Shown here: positions 11,604 through 24,934 of the stretch, one piece after another | How positions within the stretch are numbered: the first letter of the stretch is position 1 | Layout: each line of letters starts with the position of its first letter | Position numbers and translations under genes: made by a program | From: Centroscyllium fabricii | Lineage: Eukaryota | Length of the DNA stretch: 64,000 bases | Direction of reading: 5' to 3' | Assembly: GCA_051313645.2 (NCBI GenBank) | Contig: JBNRSN020000003.1 | Coordinates: 140,740,001 to 140,804,000 of the forward strand | Notes under the pieces: generated by a model | Told to the model about the DNA's origin: nothing | Databases searched by the model: none | What the model saw: the letters and a program-made list of their open reading frames with translations, nothing else

Positions 11604-12519
11604 CTCGATGTTTTAGTTTTTAAAATTGATAGGCCATCAATAATCCAAGCGAGAGGTTTAAGGACTTAAAGTTAGGCTTTTAATAACTAAGAACTGTGGT
11701 GCATGTTCCCACACTGAGTTCTCCAGGTCGAATGGCTCAAGCCACTCTGGAGTCCTCCATATAACAAAAGACAAGGGCGGAGCCCGACATATATAATAGA
11801 CAAAGGTGGGCGGTACATACATTCCTAGCACAGGCAAGTCCAGGTGAAAAGCACAGTCTGATGAACATACTTATTTCATCACAGTAACCAGCTGATTAAA
11901 CGTGATATCCACGATGTCCTCAGCATCGCGAATGCTCCAGTATCTATCCATTCGCAGCTCCAGTGCCGCAATGCGGTCTGCCAGTAGCTGCAGCTGGATA
12001 CACTTCCTGCACACATGGTCATCACCTGTGTCCCTGATTTCCCTCATAGTGCAGGAGGAGCATGCCATGGGGCCGAGCTGTGCTGTCATGACTTAACCCT
12101 TCAATTAATTTAAATCAAATCAAATCAATACCACCAATTACACTACCATTAAATGATATACTCAAGGGCCCTTGGCTACGAGCACTCCCCGATACACAAC
12201 AGAGACCTTAGAAACTATAACCACAAAAATTAAGTCCTTCTAAACTTTATAAACTGTTAACCTTAACTGTTAAACTGTAGAGTAGTATAAATACCCACCT
12301 GACCGTACTCACCCAATCGGCTGCTTCCTCTTGCCCGTGTCACTTTTTGAATTGTGGCATGGCTCTGGAATGCCACTACTGATCGCCACCATTGTCTCCC
12401 CCCCACCCCCCCCAGCTCAGTGAGGTTATGAAGATGTGCTTCCCCTCTGCCCATCTGCTGCTGTTCATATGCCACCTTTGCCTGCAAGAGAAAGGGAAGT
12501 GTGTCAGGGAAGTGGGCAG

Positions 12520-14324
12520 GGCCGGGACCGATGTCCTAGCGGGAGTGTTTGCTAGTGCTCTGGGGGATGGTTTAAACTAAAATGGCAGGGGATTGGGAAC
12601 CTGAGCGGGGAGACAGAGGAAAGGGAAACAAGGATAAAAGCAAAAGACGGGAACGAGAAAATCAAAATTGGCAGACTGAGAAATCAAGGGTTTAAATCAA
12701 ACATGGCCACAGTAAATAATAATTCTAAATGATTTAAGAGCATTAAAAAAACAAGCCTGAAGGCTTTGTGTCTTAATGCGAGGAGCATTCATAATAAGGT
12801 GGATGAATTGGCTGTGCAAATAGAGGTAAACGAATATGATATGATTGGGATTGCGGAAACATGGCTCCAGGATGGCCAAGGCTGGGAACTCAACATCCAA
12901 GGATATTCAATATTCAGGAAAGATAGGCAAAAAGGTAAAGGAGGTGGGGCAGCATTGCTGGTTAAAGAGGGGATTAACACAATTGTAAGGAAGAATATTA
13001 GCTCTGATGATGTGGAATCTGTATGGGTAGAACTGAGAAATATCAAGGAACAGAAAATGTTAGTGGGAGTGGTATATAGATCTCCAAACAGTAATGCAGA
13101 GGTCAGAGGTGGCATTAAAAGGGAAATTAAAGAAGCGTACAATAAAGGCACAGCAGTTATCATGGGAGACATTAATCTACATCTAGATTGGGCTAACCAA
13201 ATTAGTAACAATACTGTGGAGGAGGAATTCCTGGAGTGTATACGGGATGGTTTCCTGGAACAATATGTTGGGGAACCAACTAGAGATCAGGCCATCCTAG
13301 ACTGGGTATTATGTAATGAGAAAGGATTAATTAGCAATCTTGTTGTGCGAGGCCCCTTGCTCGGAGCGATCGTAATATGATAGAATCCTTCATTAAGATG
13401 GAGAGTGAAGGAGTTGACTCAGAGACTAGGGTCCTGAATTTAAATAAAGGAAACTACAATGGTATGAGGCACGAGTTGGGTAGGATTGATTGGGGAATGT
13501 CACTCAAAGGGTTGATGGTGGATAGGCAATGGCAAACATTCAAAGATCGCATGGATGAACTACAGAATTTGTTCATCCCAGTTTGGCATAAAAATAAAAC
13601 AAAAAAGGTGACTCAACCATGGCTAACAAGGGAAATTAAGGATAGCCTAAGATCCAAGGAGAGGGTATATAAATTGGCCAGAAAAAGCAGTAAACCTGAG
13701 GATTGGGAGCAGTTTAGGATTCAACAAAGGAGGACAAAGGGATTAATTAAGATGGAGAAAATAGAGTATGAGAGTAAGCTTGCAGGCATCATAAAAACTG
13801 ACTGTAAAAGCTTTTATAGATATGTGAAGAGAAGAAGATTGGTTACATCAAGTGTAGGTCCCTTGCAGTCAGAATCAGGGGAATTTATAATGGGGAACAA
13901 AGAAATGGCAGACCAATTAAATACATACTTTGGTTCTGGCTTCACAAAGGAGGAGACAAACAGCCTTCCAGAGATGTCGGGGAACATGGGGTCTAATGAA
14001 AGGGAGGAACTGACAGAAATCAGTATTTGTTGAGAAATGGTGTTAGAGAAATTGCTGGGATTGAAGACCGATAAATCCCCAGGGCCTGATGATCTACATC
14101 TTAGGGTACTTAAGGAAGTGGCCCTAGAAATAGTGGATGCATTGCTGGTCATCTTCCAAAATTCGATAGGCTCTGGAACAGTACCCATGGATTGGAGGGT
14201 AGCTAATGTTACCCCTCTGTTCAAAAAAGGTGGTAGAGAGAAAATGGGGATTTACGGACTGGTAAGCCTGACATCGGTAGTGGGGAAAATGCTAGAGTCC
14301 ATTACAAAAGATATAATAGCAGAG
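12520..14324 (+). mobile_element. CR1 LINE: ORF1 end plus ORF2 APE and linker
   Basis: CLNARSI, ETWL, LDWVL, PWLT and KSPGPD motifs (ORFs 12766-14435). Confidence 0.9.
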
Positions 14325-14519
14325 TACAGGAAATGCTTGTTTAACCGGCACATCGATATCCGGAATTCTCTATTAACTGGCAAAATTCTCATTCGAAAAC
14401 AACACCTCAATAACCAGCTATGTTGTCGAGTCTGAGTCTCCTGTGTGGCTGAGTTAATCAGTGGGGGTAGTTCTCCAAACTGCCATAATCCACATCCATT
14501 TAACACAACATTCTGTAGG

Positions 14520-17500
14520 TGACGTATCGTCAATATCTCTTAATAAAAGACTGGACGAGTAGTTACCGTAACTATAGGCTTTTAATAACTTACTTTGGAG
14601 CTACCCTCCGAACGAACATCAGAACAGAATGAGGGAGCCTCGGTCAGTCCTCACCTATAAAGGCCTCACCTGGGGGAGGAGTTAGAGGTGTGGCTGACCT
14701 GGCTCCACGACAGTGTTACAGGCTGTGTATCACACACAGCCAATTGTTGGCAACAATAATTCAGTGGTACATATACATATTATGGGTTACCACATTCACC
14801 CCTTCTTGAAAATTTTGAGTCCGGGGGGGGGTGAATGGACCGAGTAGTTCAATATCAGTTTGTCCGGCGGTCGTGTCAGCCTGGAGGACCGCCGGAGTTC
14901 CGGTGATGGTTCTTCGTGGTCCGTGCTGCTCGAGTCCGTTGGTAGTGACAGCGGCTCTGGTGCCGTAGTTTCGGATGGTGATGGTCTCAGATGGTCCGAG
15001 CTATCGGAGTGGTGGTCTTGGGCTGGCCACGGCTGGGGCTCTGGAAACCTCGGAGGCCATCGTAGGTGTAGGGGGTGTTCTGGATACTGTGGCTGGGCGG
15101 GCTGCTGGCCGACCAGGGGCTCTGCTGCGGTGTTTCCTGCGGGCGCCAGGTCCCTAATTGAAACGGTGTCCTCACGCCCGTCCGGGAACTGTACAAACGC
15201 GTATTGCGGGTTCGCATGCAGGAGCTGCACCTTGTCCACCAGGGGCTCGGTCTTGTGGCCACCGACGTGTCTCTTAAGGAAGACCGGCCCCGGTGTCGTG
15301 AGCCATGGAGGAAGAGCTGTCCCCGAAGTCGACTTCCTGGGAAAAGCAAAAATCAAATCATGAGGGGTGGCGTTAGTGGCCGTACACAGGAGAGAGCGTA
15401 TAGAATGCAGCGCGTCTGGGAGGACTGCCTGCCAATGGGCCACTGGAAGGCCTCTGGACTTCAGAGCCAGGGTGACCGCATTCCAGATGATCGCATTCTC
15501 CCTTTCTACCTGGCCGTTCCCCCGGGGGTTATAACTGGTCGTTCTGCTCGTGGCAACCCCTTTCTGGAGCAGAAACTGACGCAGTTCATCGCTCATGAAC
15601 GATGACCCCCGGTCGCTATGGATGTAGCTGGGGAGACCGAAAATGGCGAACAGCGTGGTGAAGTGTTTCATCACCGTTGCGCTCGTCATATCTGCGCAGG
15701 GGAAGGCGAAGGGGAAGCGGGAGAACTCATCTACGACCGTGAGGAAGTATGAGTTGCGGTCGGTGGTGGGGAGGGGGCCTTTGAAGTCCACGCTGAGACG
15801 TTCAAAGGGGCGGGTGGCCTTGATGAGGTGCACCGTGTCTGGCCGGAAAAATTGGGGTTTGCACTCGGCGCAAACAGGGCACTCTCGGCTCATAGCCTTG
15901 ATCTCCGTGATGGAGTAGGGGAGGCTACGGGATCTGACGAAGTGGGCGAGTCTGGTGACACCCAGGTGGCAAAGGCGGTCGTGGAGGTCCTTCAGCCGGT
16001 CTAGCTGGGCACTGGCGCACGTTCCCCTGGACAGTGCGTCCGGGGGTTCATTGAGTTTACCTGGTCGCTAAAGAATGTCGTACTCGTAAGTCGAGAGTTC
16101 GATCCGCCACCGCAGGATCTTATCATTCTTGATTTTACCCTTCTGTTTATTATTAAACATAAACGCCACCGACCGTTGGTCGGTGAGAAGGGTCAAACGC
16201 TTACCGGCCAGGTAATGACGCCAGTAGCGCACGGCCTCCACGATGGCCTGGGCCTCCTTTTCCACTACAGAGTGGCGAGTTTCAGGTCCCTGTAGGGTGC
16301 GGGAGAAAAACGCTACGGGCCTGCCTGCCTGATTCAGGGTGGCAGCAAGGGCGAAGTCCGAAGCGTCGCTCTCCACCTGGAAGGGGATGGATTCATCAAC
16401 AGCGAGCATGGTCGCCTTGATGATGTCTTCCTTTATCCGGGCGAATGCCATTTGGGCTTCTACCGAAAGGGGGAAAACGGCAGCCTTGAGGAGTGGTCTA
16501 GCCTTGTCCGCGAACTGTGGGACCCATTGTGCGTAATAGGAGAAACATCCTAGGCATCTCCTCAAGGCTTTAGGGTTGTGAGGTAGGGGCAGTTCTTGAA
16601 GGGGTCGCATACGGTGTGGGTCGGGGCCGAGGACCCCGTTTTCCACCACGTATCCGAGGATGGCGAGCCGGTCTGTATTAAAGACACATTTGTCTTTGTT
16701 ATACGTGAGGTCCAGCTTATCCGCCATGTCGCGGAATTTGGCCAGATTGGCATCGTGGTCCTGCTGGTCGTGGCCGCAGATGGTCACGTTGTCCAGGTAA
16801 GGGAAAGTGGCCTGCAACTCGTTCTGGTCAACCATGCGGTCCATCTCCCTTTGGAACACTGACACTCCGTTGGTCACGCCGAAAGGGACCCGGAGGAAGT
16901 GGTAGAGCCGACCGTTCGCCTCGAAGGCGGTGTAGGGGCGGTCGGCTTTCCGGATCGGGAGTTGGTGATACGCCGACTTAAGGTCGATCGTGGAGAACAC
17001 CTTATATTGGGCGATCTGGTTGACCATTTCCGAGATGCAGGGGAGGGGGTAGGCGTCGAGCCCGGTGTAGCGGTTGATAGTCTGGCTGTAATCGATCACC
17101 AGCCGCTGTTTCTCGCCAGACTTCACCACTACTACCTGGGCCCGCCAGGGGCTGGTGCTGGCTTCAATTATCCCCTCCTTCAGCATACGCCCGACCTCCG
17201 ACCTGATAAACGTGCGATCCCCCACACTGTACCGCTGACTCTTGGTAGCAATAGGTTTGCACTTGGGGTCGAGGTTGGCGAACAGTGAGGGGGGGTCGAT
17301 TTTCAGGGTGGAGAGGCCGCAGGCCGGGCTCCGCTTTGGGAAGGGACAGTCCCGGCTACTGACGGTGAGGGGGGGCAAGGTCCCGCCGAACTCCATTGTC
17401 ATGCTCTTGAGGTGGCACTGGAAATCCAGACCTAGTAAGGCTGGGGCACACAACTGCTGGAGGGTGTACAATTTAAAATTACGGTACACGCACCCCTTGA

Positions 17501-19349
17501 CTGTGAGCGTGACGGAGCAGTAGCCGGTGACGTCCGCGGTGTGGGACTTTGAAGCAAGGGAGACTTGGTAGTTCGAGGGCAGGATCTGCAGTCCGTAGCG
17601 CTGCACTGTATCGGGGTGCACAAAGCTCTCCGTGCTTCCAGTGTCAAATAGGCAATCGATAATATGGCCGTTTATTTTAATAGGCATTATCGAATTCGAC
17701 AGAGTGTGTGGCCTGTCCTGGTGCACTCTGGGTATGGCTGAAGCCGACATGTACTTTTGTGTGTGGGGGCACCCTGCTGGTTGGGGCTGTATACAAAATG
17801 GCGGCGCCCCTGGCTCGCACATGGTGGGGCCTTGGAGACAAAATGGCGGCGCCCCTGGCTTGCAAATGGCGGGCCGCTGGGGACAAAATGGCGGCGCCGA
17901 GGGGTCGCACATGGTGGGCCGCTGGGGTCGAGATGGCGGCGCCCGTGGTTCGCACGCGGCTGACCGCTGTGAGCGCGCTGGCGGCGCCCGTGGTTCGCAC
18001 GCAGCGGGCCGCGGTGACTGGGTTGGCGGCGCCCGTGGTTCGCACGCAGCGGGCTGCGGTGGTCGGGTTGGCGGTGCCCGTGATTCGCACGCAGCAGGCC
18101 GCGTTGGGTCTGCTGCTGGCGTTGGGGGGTCGCGCTTTGCCGGCCTTTGCCGCATCGGGGTGGGAGCTGGGGGAGCTTCCCTTCTACCCCCGGACCGTCG
18201 CTGGATCGCGCTGCTATTGCAGCTTACCAGAGGTCTGTCGGAGCTTTCACAGGCTGCGCTGTTGTACCTGGAGTTGGGTGCTGCTGGTGCTGATCTGCAA
18301 GCCTTTGCGTAATGTCCCTTTTTGGCGCACCTCTCGCAGGTCGCGGTCCTTGCTGGGCATCTCGCTCGCGGGTGCAGTCCCTGGCCGCAGAAATAGCAGC
18401 GTTTGTCCTTTGTGGCTGTCGCAGCCATCGTGGGGGTCTCGACCCGTTGTGGTGCTGCCCAGGCCTGGGCCCGTTGTGGCGCGGCCCACATGTCGTAGGC
18501 CTGCGGGTTTGTGCCGCTGTACGCCTGCAATTTATTGCGTGCTCCTTCAACGGAGTTAGCTATGGCGATAGCCTCTTCCAGAGACAAAGAGTCTTTTTCG
18601 AGCAGCCGCTGGCGGGCTTCCATGCACCTCAGGCCGGTTACGTACGCGTCTCGGACGAGGAGGTTCGCCTCCTCTTCTGCTGTCCGGGCTTGGCAGCCAC
18701 AGACCTGTACCAGGGCCTGTAGCACTTGCTCAAACTGTTCATTGGTCTCACCCGGTAGTTGTGGTCTGGTTGCGAGCACATGTCTGGCGTAGACCGAATG
18801 GACCGGGCGCTCGTAGCATTTCCTCAGCTTTTCCACTGCCCCTGGGTAGGTTTTGGCGTCTCGGATGAGGGAGAATACTCGGCTGGAGATCCTAGACCGG
18901 AGAACCTGTAGCTTGTTCCCATCGGTTGTAGCCTTGGCGGCGTCCATATAGGCCTCCAGGAGACCGAACCAGTGTTCGAACGTGGTGGCGGCGGCTGGGT
19001 CCTGTGGACTGATATCCAGCTTTTCTGGCTTTACTGCACCGCTCTCCATTTCAAAAATGTTAAGTTATTAAAATTGACGTATCGTCAATATCTCTTAATA
19101 AAAGACTGGACGAGTAGTTACCGTAACTATAGGCTTTTAATAACTTACTTTGGAGCTACCCTCCGAACGAACATCAGAACAGGATGAGGGAGCCTCGGTC
19201 AGTCCTCACCTATAAAGGCCTCACCTGGGGGAGGAGTTAGAGGTGTGGCTGACCTGGCTCCACGACAGTGTTACAGGCTATGTATCACACACAGCCAATT
19301 GTTGGCAACAATAATTCAGTGGTACATATAAATATTATGGGTTACCACA
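14520..19349 (-). mobile_element. Ty3/Gypsy LTR retrotransposon B (young, no tRNA PBS)
   Basis: 275-bp LTRs 14520-14794 and 19075-19349 with 3 visible differences; TSD GTAGG; PPT aaggggtgaa. Confidence 0.97.
14796..19049 (-). pseudogene. gag-pol: Single gag-pol frame of element B with one nonsense codon (TAG at 16068-16070)
   Basis: The 993-aa ORF continues in frame into integrase; element D has TAC (Tyr) at the same codon. LFDTGS, YLDN and DFKGP/SDRG/VER motifs. Confidence 0.92.
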
Positions 19350-19376
19350 GTAGGTGAGTACCCAATTACTGTATAC

Positions 19377-22300
19377 TGTAGAGGCATGCAGGCCTGAAGA
19401 ACCACGCTGGACACAGAAGATTCGGAAAACAATCATTTAATATTAACTCAGCTATGGCCAGGTAGCGAAAGAGAGTGAGCCACCTGGAACCAAGGTATTT
19501 AAAGGACCCGCGGTTGGTGACGTCACTGCCGGGTGTCCACCTGGCGACGTCATCACGCCGGAAGTCGCGGTGACATCATCACGCCGCCCGGCGGGCGGGG
19601 CCGTCTCGCAGTACTCCCGAGGCGGATTCGATGGTCCTGGTGGGCGTGTCGCCACACAGCTCCCCCCCAGAATCTGTGAGGGAGAGCGAAGTTTAAGCTA
19701 AAGTAGAAAGGAGCATAAAGTAAAATAAAAAAATGGAGCATAAAAGTTGAGTCTCAGGCGAAGCGTTGAGGTGGCCTGATGATGCGGCCAGCACGTGTCG
19801 TCCGCTGCTCCTTGTTCTGCGTGGGAGTGTGGGCGGGCTTTGGTGGCTGCGCGGGGACTGTTGTCTCACCCGTCATTACATGTGCCGGTTTGAGCCGGTC
19901 GATTGAGACAGTCTCAGCTCTGTTGCCCATTTTAATCTGGAACGTTTTAGGTCCCGCCCGAAGCACTCTGTACGGTCCGTCGTACGGTGGCTGTAGTGGT
20001 GTTCGATGTGCGTCGTGGCGGACAAACACATACTTGACATTTTCAATGCCGTCTGGAACACGTGCTGCCGGCTCTCCGTGCCGGTCCACCAGAAGTGGTT
20101 TGAACGCCGCTGCCTGGTTATTGAAGTCTTTGAGGCAGCGGTCGGCTGACCAGGGGGCGTTGGTTTCTGCGACGAACTCGCCCGGTACGGTTAGGGGTTG
20201 GCCATATACGAGTTCCGCCGCTGAGGCGTGCAGGTCTTCCTTGGCCGCTGAACGCAGGCCGAGCATTACCCAGGGCAGGCGGTCGGTCCACGTCGCGTCT
20301 TTGAGGCTGGCCCGCAAGGAAGCTTTGATGGAGCGGTGGAACCGTTCGCAGAGGCCATTGGCCTGTGGGTGGTAGATGGTGGTTCGGTGCATGATTGCCC
20401 CGAGGTCGTGGGCGATGGTTGCCCATAGGGTTGAGGTAAATTGGGGGCCCCTGTCTGATGTGATGTCGGTGGGGACGCCGAAACGTGCGACCCAGGTGGC
20501 AATGAAGGCCCTGGCCAGGTCCGCGGTGGTGGTAGCGGTGAGGGGGACCGCTTCTGGCCAGCGGGTGCTGCGGTCGACCATGGTCATGACATATGTATGC
20601 CCCCGTGATGGTGGTAGTGGTCCGACCAGGTCAATATGGACGTAGCTGAAGCGTCTAGCTGGGATTGCGATCGTTTCCACTGGTGCCTTGATGTGCTTGT
20701 GCACCTTGGCACGCTGGCAGGCATTGCAGGTGTTGGTCCAGGCGCGGACATCCTTGCGCAGGCCGCGCCAAACGAATCGCGCAGACATCAGCTTTGTGGA
20801 CGCGCGGACACCGGGGTGGGACAGGTCATGGAGGGTCTGGAAGATGTGTTGCCTCCATGCGTGGGGGACGACGGGTCTGGGCTGCGGGAGGGAGACGTCG
20901 CAGCGGACCTCCGTGGCTGTGGGCCCGTGTGCTACGGTGGCCAAGAGCAGGCCGGGGAGGTTGGTAGCTGGGTCGAGCAGATCGGGGTCAGTCAGTTGGT
21001 CGGCCGCCAGTTTGGCGTAGTCGACGGCCGTTTGAACGGAGTTGATGGTGGGGCGTGAGAGGCAGTCAGCGACCACGTTGTCGCGGCCGGCGATGTGCTG
21101 TATGTCGGTGGTAAACTCCGACACAGCCGCGAGCTGGCGCTGCTGCCTGGCCGACCAGGGTTCAGAGATCTTAGCCATTGCAGACACAAGTGGCTTGTGA
21201 TCCACGAAGGCTGTAAAGTGGCGGCCCACTAGGAGGAAGCGGAAGTCGCGCACTGCGAGGTAGAGAGCGAGTAGCTCCCTATCGAAGGCGCTGTACTTGA
21301 CCTCCGGGGGCCGGAGTTGTCGGCTGAAAAAGGCCAGGGGTTGCCAGGAGTCGCCTGTCCACTGCTCAAAGACTGCTCCGACGGCGCGGTCGGAGGCGTC
21401 GGTGGTGAGGGCTACTCTGGCGTTGGGCCTAGGGTGGCTGAGGAGCGTGGCGTTGGCCAGGGCGGTTTTGGTTGCGGTAAAGGCGGTGGAGCCTTCGGCC
21501 GTCCACTCGACCGCAGCCTTGTTTGACTGCCCGCGGGTGGCCTGATAGAGGGGTGCCATGAGAGCGGCTGCTCCTGGGATGAAGCGGTTATAGAGGTTAA
21601 CCATCCCGAGGAATTCCTGCAGCCCCTTGATGGAGTGCGGGCGGGGGAATTCCTGGACCGCCTGCACCTTGGAGGGCAGGGGTATGGCCCCGGTCTGGGA
21701 GATGTGGTGGCCGAGGAAGTCGATCGTCTCGAGGCCGAATCGACATTTGGAGGGGCTTAATATAAGGCCGTGTTCGGCCAGGCGGTTGAAAAGGGCCCTG
21801 AGATGGTGGAGGTGTTCCTGGGGGGAGGTGCTGGCCACGAGGATGTCGTCTAGGTAGACGAACGTTAACTGCAAGTCCCACAGGACTGAGTCCATGAGGC
21901 GTCGGAAGGCCTGGGCTGCGTTTTTGAGTCCGAAGGGCATTCGGAGGAATTCAAATAATCCAAATGTGGTAATGACGGCTGTCTTAGGGACGTCCGCCGG
22001 GTGCACTGGTACCTGGTGGTAGCCCCGTACCAGGTCGATCTTGGAAAAGACCGTGCAGCCGGCTAGCCATGCTGAGAAATCTTGGATGTGGGGGACGGGG
22101 TACCTGTCTGGGGTGGTGGCGTTGTTGAGGCGGTGGTAGTCTCCGCAGGGACGCCAGCCGCCACCGGGTTTGGGGGCAATGTGGAGGGGGGAGGCCCAGG
22201 GGCTGCTGGAGCGGCGGATTATGCCGAGTTGTTCCATGATGTGCAACTCGGCGCGCGCGATCTCCAGCTTGGCCGGGTCCAGCCTGCGTGCGTGGGCATG

Positions 22301-23920
22301 GACTGGAGGGCCTGTGGTGGTGATGTGATGCTCCACCCCGTGCTTGGCCGTGCGGGCTGTGAAGGTGGGGTTGGTGAGGGCTGGGATCTCCGCGAGGAGC
22401 GTGGCGTACGTGTCGGAGTTCCGGGCTCAGCAGTGGGACGCTGCGTGGGTCTGGTGTGCCGGCCCTGTGGAGCATGGGATGGTCGACATGTTGTGGATGT
22501 CGACCAGGCGGCGTCGGGTAACGTCGACCAGGAGGCCGTGGGCGCACAGAAAGTCGGCCCCGAGTAGGGGTATTTTGACTTGGGCTGTGATGAAATCCCA
22601 CTTGTACGTGTGGCCTGCTAGCTTGATGGTAAGCTGGCGGGTGCCGAACGTAACTATCTCGGAGCCGTTTGCTGCTTCGAGTGGTGGGCCTTGGGTGCCT
22701 TGCTTGGTTTCTGTGGGGGAGGCTGGCACAATGCTGTGCTGCGCGCCTGTGTCGCAGAGGAAGCGGAGGCCTGAGCCGCTGTCCGTGACGAAGAGCAGTG
22801 CTCCGGAGCGGCCTACGGACATGGTGGGGCTCGGGCTGGTTTGGGGTTTGAAGGTGCAGGGCTGGACGCAGCGCTGCGCTTTAGCTTCGAACCTGGTGTG
22901 GTAGTAGCACCAGCCGGGGCCTGTGGTGCGTGGCTTTTTGTGGGTCCGCACCGGTCTGGGTTGGGACCTGGGGCCGGGCCTGGGGTGCGCGTAGTACTGC
23001 TCCGGTGGAGCGGCGGTGGGTTGGCACGTGGCGGCTCGGGTGCGCTTGGCCCTCATCAGCTTGTCGGCCTCCTGAGCCAGTTGCTCCTTGGTATAGTGCT
23101 CAAGGACCGTCAGAGCCGGTCTGACGGAGGGAGGCAGTTTAAGGAGGAACAAGGCGCGCTTAATGGTGGCCGGGTCGCAATTGAGCGCTTCCATTTGGGC
23201 CCAGAGGTCCGATGGGTCTGCGTCCCCGAGTTCGGGGAGGTTAATGAGCTGGCAGTCGCACTCAAATTGGGTGGGGGTGAATTTTTGTAGCAGCGCGGCC
23301 TTAAGCGTTTCATACCTGCCAGCAGTAGGTTCGTGCTGTATGGATGACCACATTCGGTCGATCGTGGGCTGTGAAAGGGCCGCGAAGAGCAGGCTGTATC
23401 GATCGTCCCCCTGCACGCCATGTATGCGGTAGGTGTTCTCTGTGTTGAGGAACCAGGCCGCTGGACGGAGTTCCCAGAACTCTGGTAAGTTTGGGATTTG
23501 GCCCCGTCTGTGGAGTCGTGCTGTTTGGCTCCCTGCTGGCATGGTGGTTGTGATTCAACTGAGGCAGCTTGGCCCTCAGTCCTGCAGCGACTGCTTCATT
23601 ATGTTCCCTTGGAATTCATTCCAAGTATCGAGGTCACCACTGTAGAGGCATGCAGGCCTGAAGAACCACGCTGGACACAGAAGATTCGGAAAACAATCAT
23701 TTAATATTAACTCAGCTATGGCCAGGTAGCGAAAGAGAGTGAGCCACCTGGAACCAAGGTATTTAAAGGACCCGCGGTTGGTGACGTCACTGCCGGGTGT
23801 CCACCTGGCGACGTCATCACACCGGAAGTCACGGTGACGTCATCACGCCGCCCGGCGGGCGGGGCCGTCTCGCAGTACTCCCGAGGCGGATTCGATGGTC
23901 CTGGTGGGCGTGTCGCCACA
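19377..23920 (-). mobile_element. CsRn1-clade Gypsy element E (young)
   Basis: 280-bp LTRs 19377-19656 and 23641-23920 (3 differences), 4-bp TSD ATAC, tRNA-Trp-like PBS tggtgacctcgat, CHCC gag motif CYYHTRFEAKAQRCVQPC. Confidence 0.95.
19754..23542 (-). pseudogene. gag-pol: gag-pol of element E with one in-frame TGA at 22427-22429
   Basis: ORFs 22427-23542 and 19754-22336 are in the same frame; LCDTGA, WASPLH, YLDD, TDAS and GPY motifs. Confidence 0.92.
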
Positions 23921-24059
23921 ATACTGCGCATTTCTTGAATTTTTTATTTTTCTTTGTTAAAACTAGCCTCGGCAGACAACCCTCGCCCTTATCCGGATAT
24001 GTTGATAAACTGGCAACACGCCGGTCCCATCGGTGCCGGATATCAAAGAGTTTTCTGTA

Positions 24060-24525
24060 CCTGGGATGGCAGGAATGATGTATGAGGAGAGATTGAGTCG
24101 ATTGGGCTTGTACTCGCTGGAGTTTAGAAGAATGAGAGGGGATCTCATTGAAACTTATAAAATTCTAACAGGACTGGACAGACTAGATGCAGGAAGGATG
24201 TGCCCGATGGGGGGAGTCCAGAACCAGGGGTCATAGTCTAAGATAAGGGGTAAGCCATTTAGGACAAGATGAGGAGTAATTTCTTCACCCAGAGAGTGGT
24301 GAACCTGTGGAATTCTCTACCACAGAAGGCCGTAGAGGCCAATTCATCAAATATATTCAAGAAGGAGTTGGATATATTTCTTAAGGCTAAAGGGATCTAG
24401 GGATATTGGGAGAAAGCAGGGACAGGGTACTGAATTTGGCTGATCAGCCATGATCGCATTGAATGGCAGGACAGGCTCGAGGGGCCGAATGGCCTACTCC
24501 TGCTCCTATCTTCTTTGTTCCTATA
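24060..24525 (+). mobile_element. CR1 3' end
   Basis: YEERLSRLGLYSLEFRRMRGDLIE followed by the conserved 3' UTR. Confidence 0.9.
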
Positions 24526-24529
24526 TTTC

Positions 24530-24930
24530 AGTGAGTGTGGTGCAATGTGTTTGAGTGATGTGCCTGCCACGGTTGAATAGGTGGCATTAAGCAGTGTGTG
24601 GGGCTAGTGGTGCAGTTGGTGGGATATGGCATTTGAAGATGCATTCACTGACCTTGACCACTCGTGTGACATCATTAAACTTCTTGCGGAACTGGATCCA
24701 GAACCTGGGGACAACACTGACAGCTTGGGCTATCTCATCCCACTGCCTTCTGGCATTCTGTCTGGAAGTCCTCCTGCCCCCCTGCAGGTAGAGGACCTGT
24801 CTTCTTCTCTATACCCCCTGGACCAAGGCCTCCGGTGCAGCATTTGAAGCGCCGTGCCATTTCTCTTCCCTGTTGCGAATTGGCTGCATCCACAGTGATA
24901 ATGGGGTGCTTCTGCAACAAAGCACCTCCC
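24530..24930 (-). mobile_element. Harbinger Myb/SANT-ORF remnant
   Basis: Minus strand reads WIQFRKKFNDVTRVV; similar sequence at 28240-28450. Confidence 0.6.
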
Positions 24931-24934
24931 CTTT

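Larger units (their letters stand above)
4380..11883 (-). mobile_element. Ty3/Gypsy LTR retrotransposon A (no tRNA PBS)
   Basis: LTRs 4380-7955 (split by a LINE) and 11627-11883, TG...CA ends, 5-bp TSD GTAAC, PPT aaggggtgaa; gene order gag-PR-RT-RH-IN. Confidence 0.95.
75..12350 (-). mobile_element. Decayed CR1-clade LINE (5' UTR, ORF1, 5' part of ORF2) split by five nested insertions
   Basis: RT motifs (YLDFQKAFDKVPH, 173-577), APE motifs (GDFNLHIDW, VYRSPNS; 2203-2904), ORF1 esterase (3693-4286) and Zn-finger/leucine zipper (11884-12089). The CR1 sequence resumes after each insertion. Confidence 0.9.
14327..24057. mobile_element. Tigger/pogo-like non-autonomous element hosting Gypsy elements B and E
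   Basis: TA on both sides; imperfect ~25-bp TIRs cag(g/a)aaa...ccggcac; about 350 bp remain after removing the nested LTR elements. Confidence 0.65.

Noticed and set aside
17790-18100. Regularly spaced ~45-bp repeats as a CRISPR-like array
   Set aside because: They are in-frame degenerate tandem repeats inside gag, with no unique spacers or cas genes, in a eukaryotic context.
22427-22429. TGA between gag-PR and RT of element E as programmed read-through
   Set aside because: It lies downstream of the protease, and relative F reads through the same region (ORF 40692-41690). A nonsense mutation is the simpler explanation.
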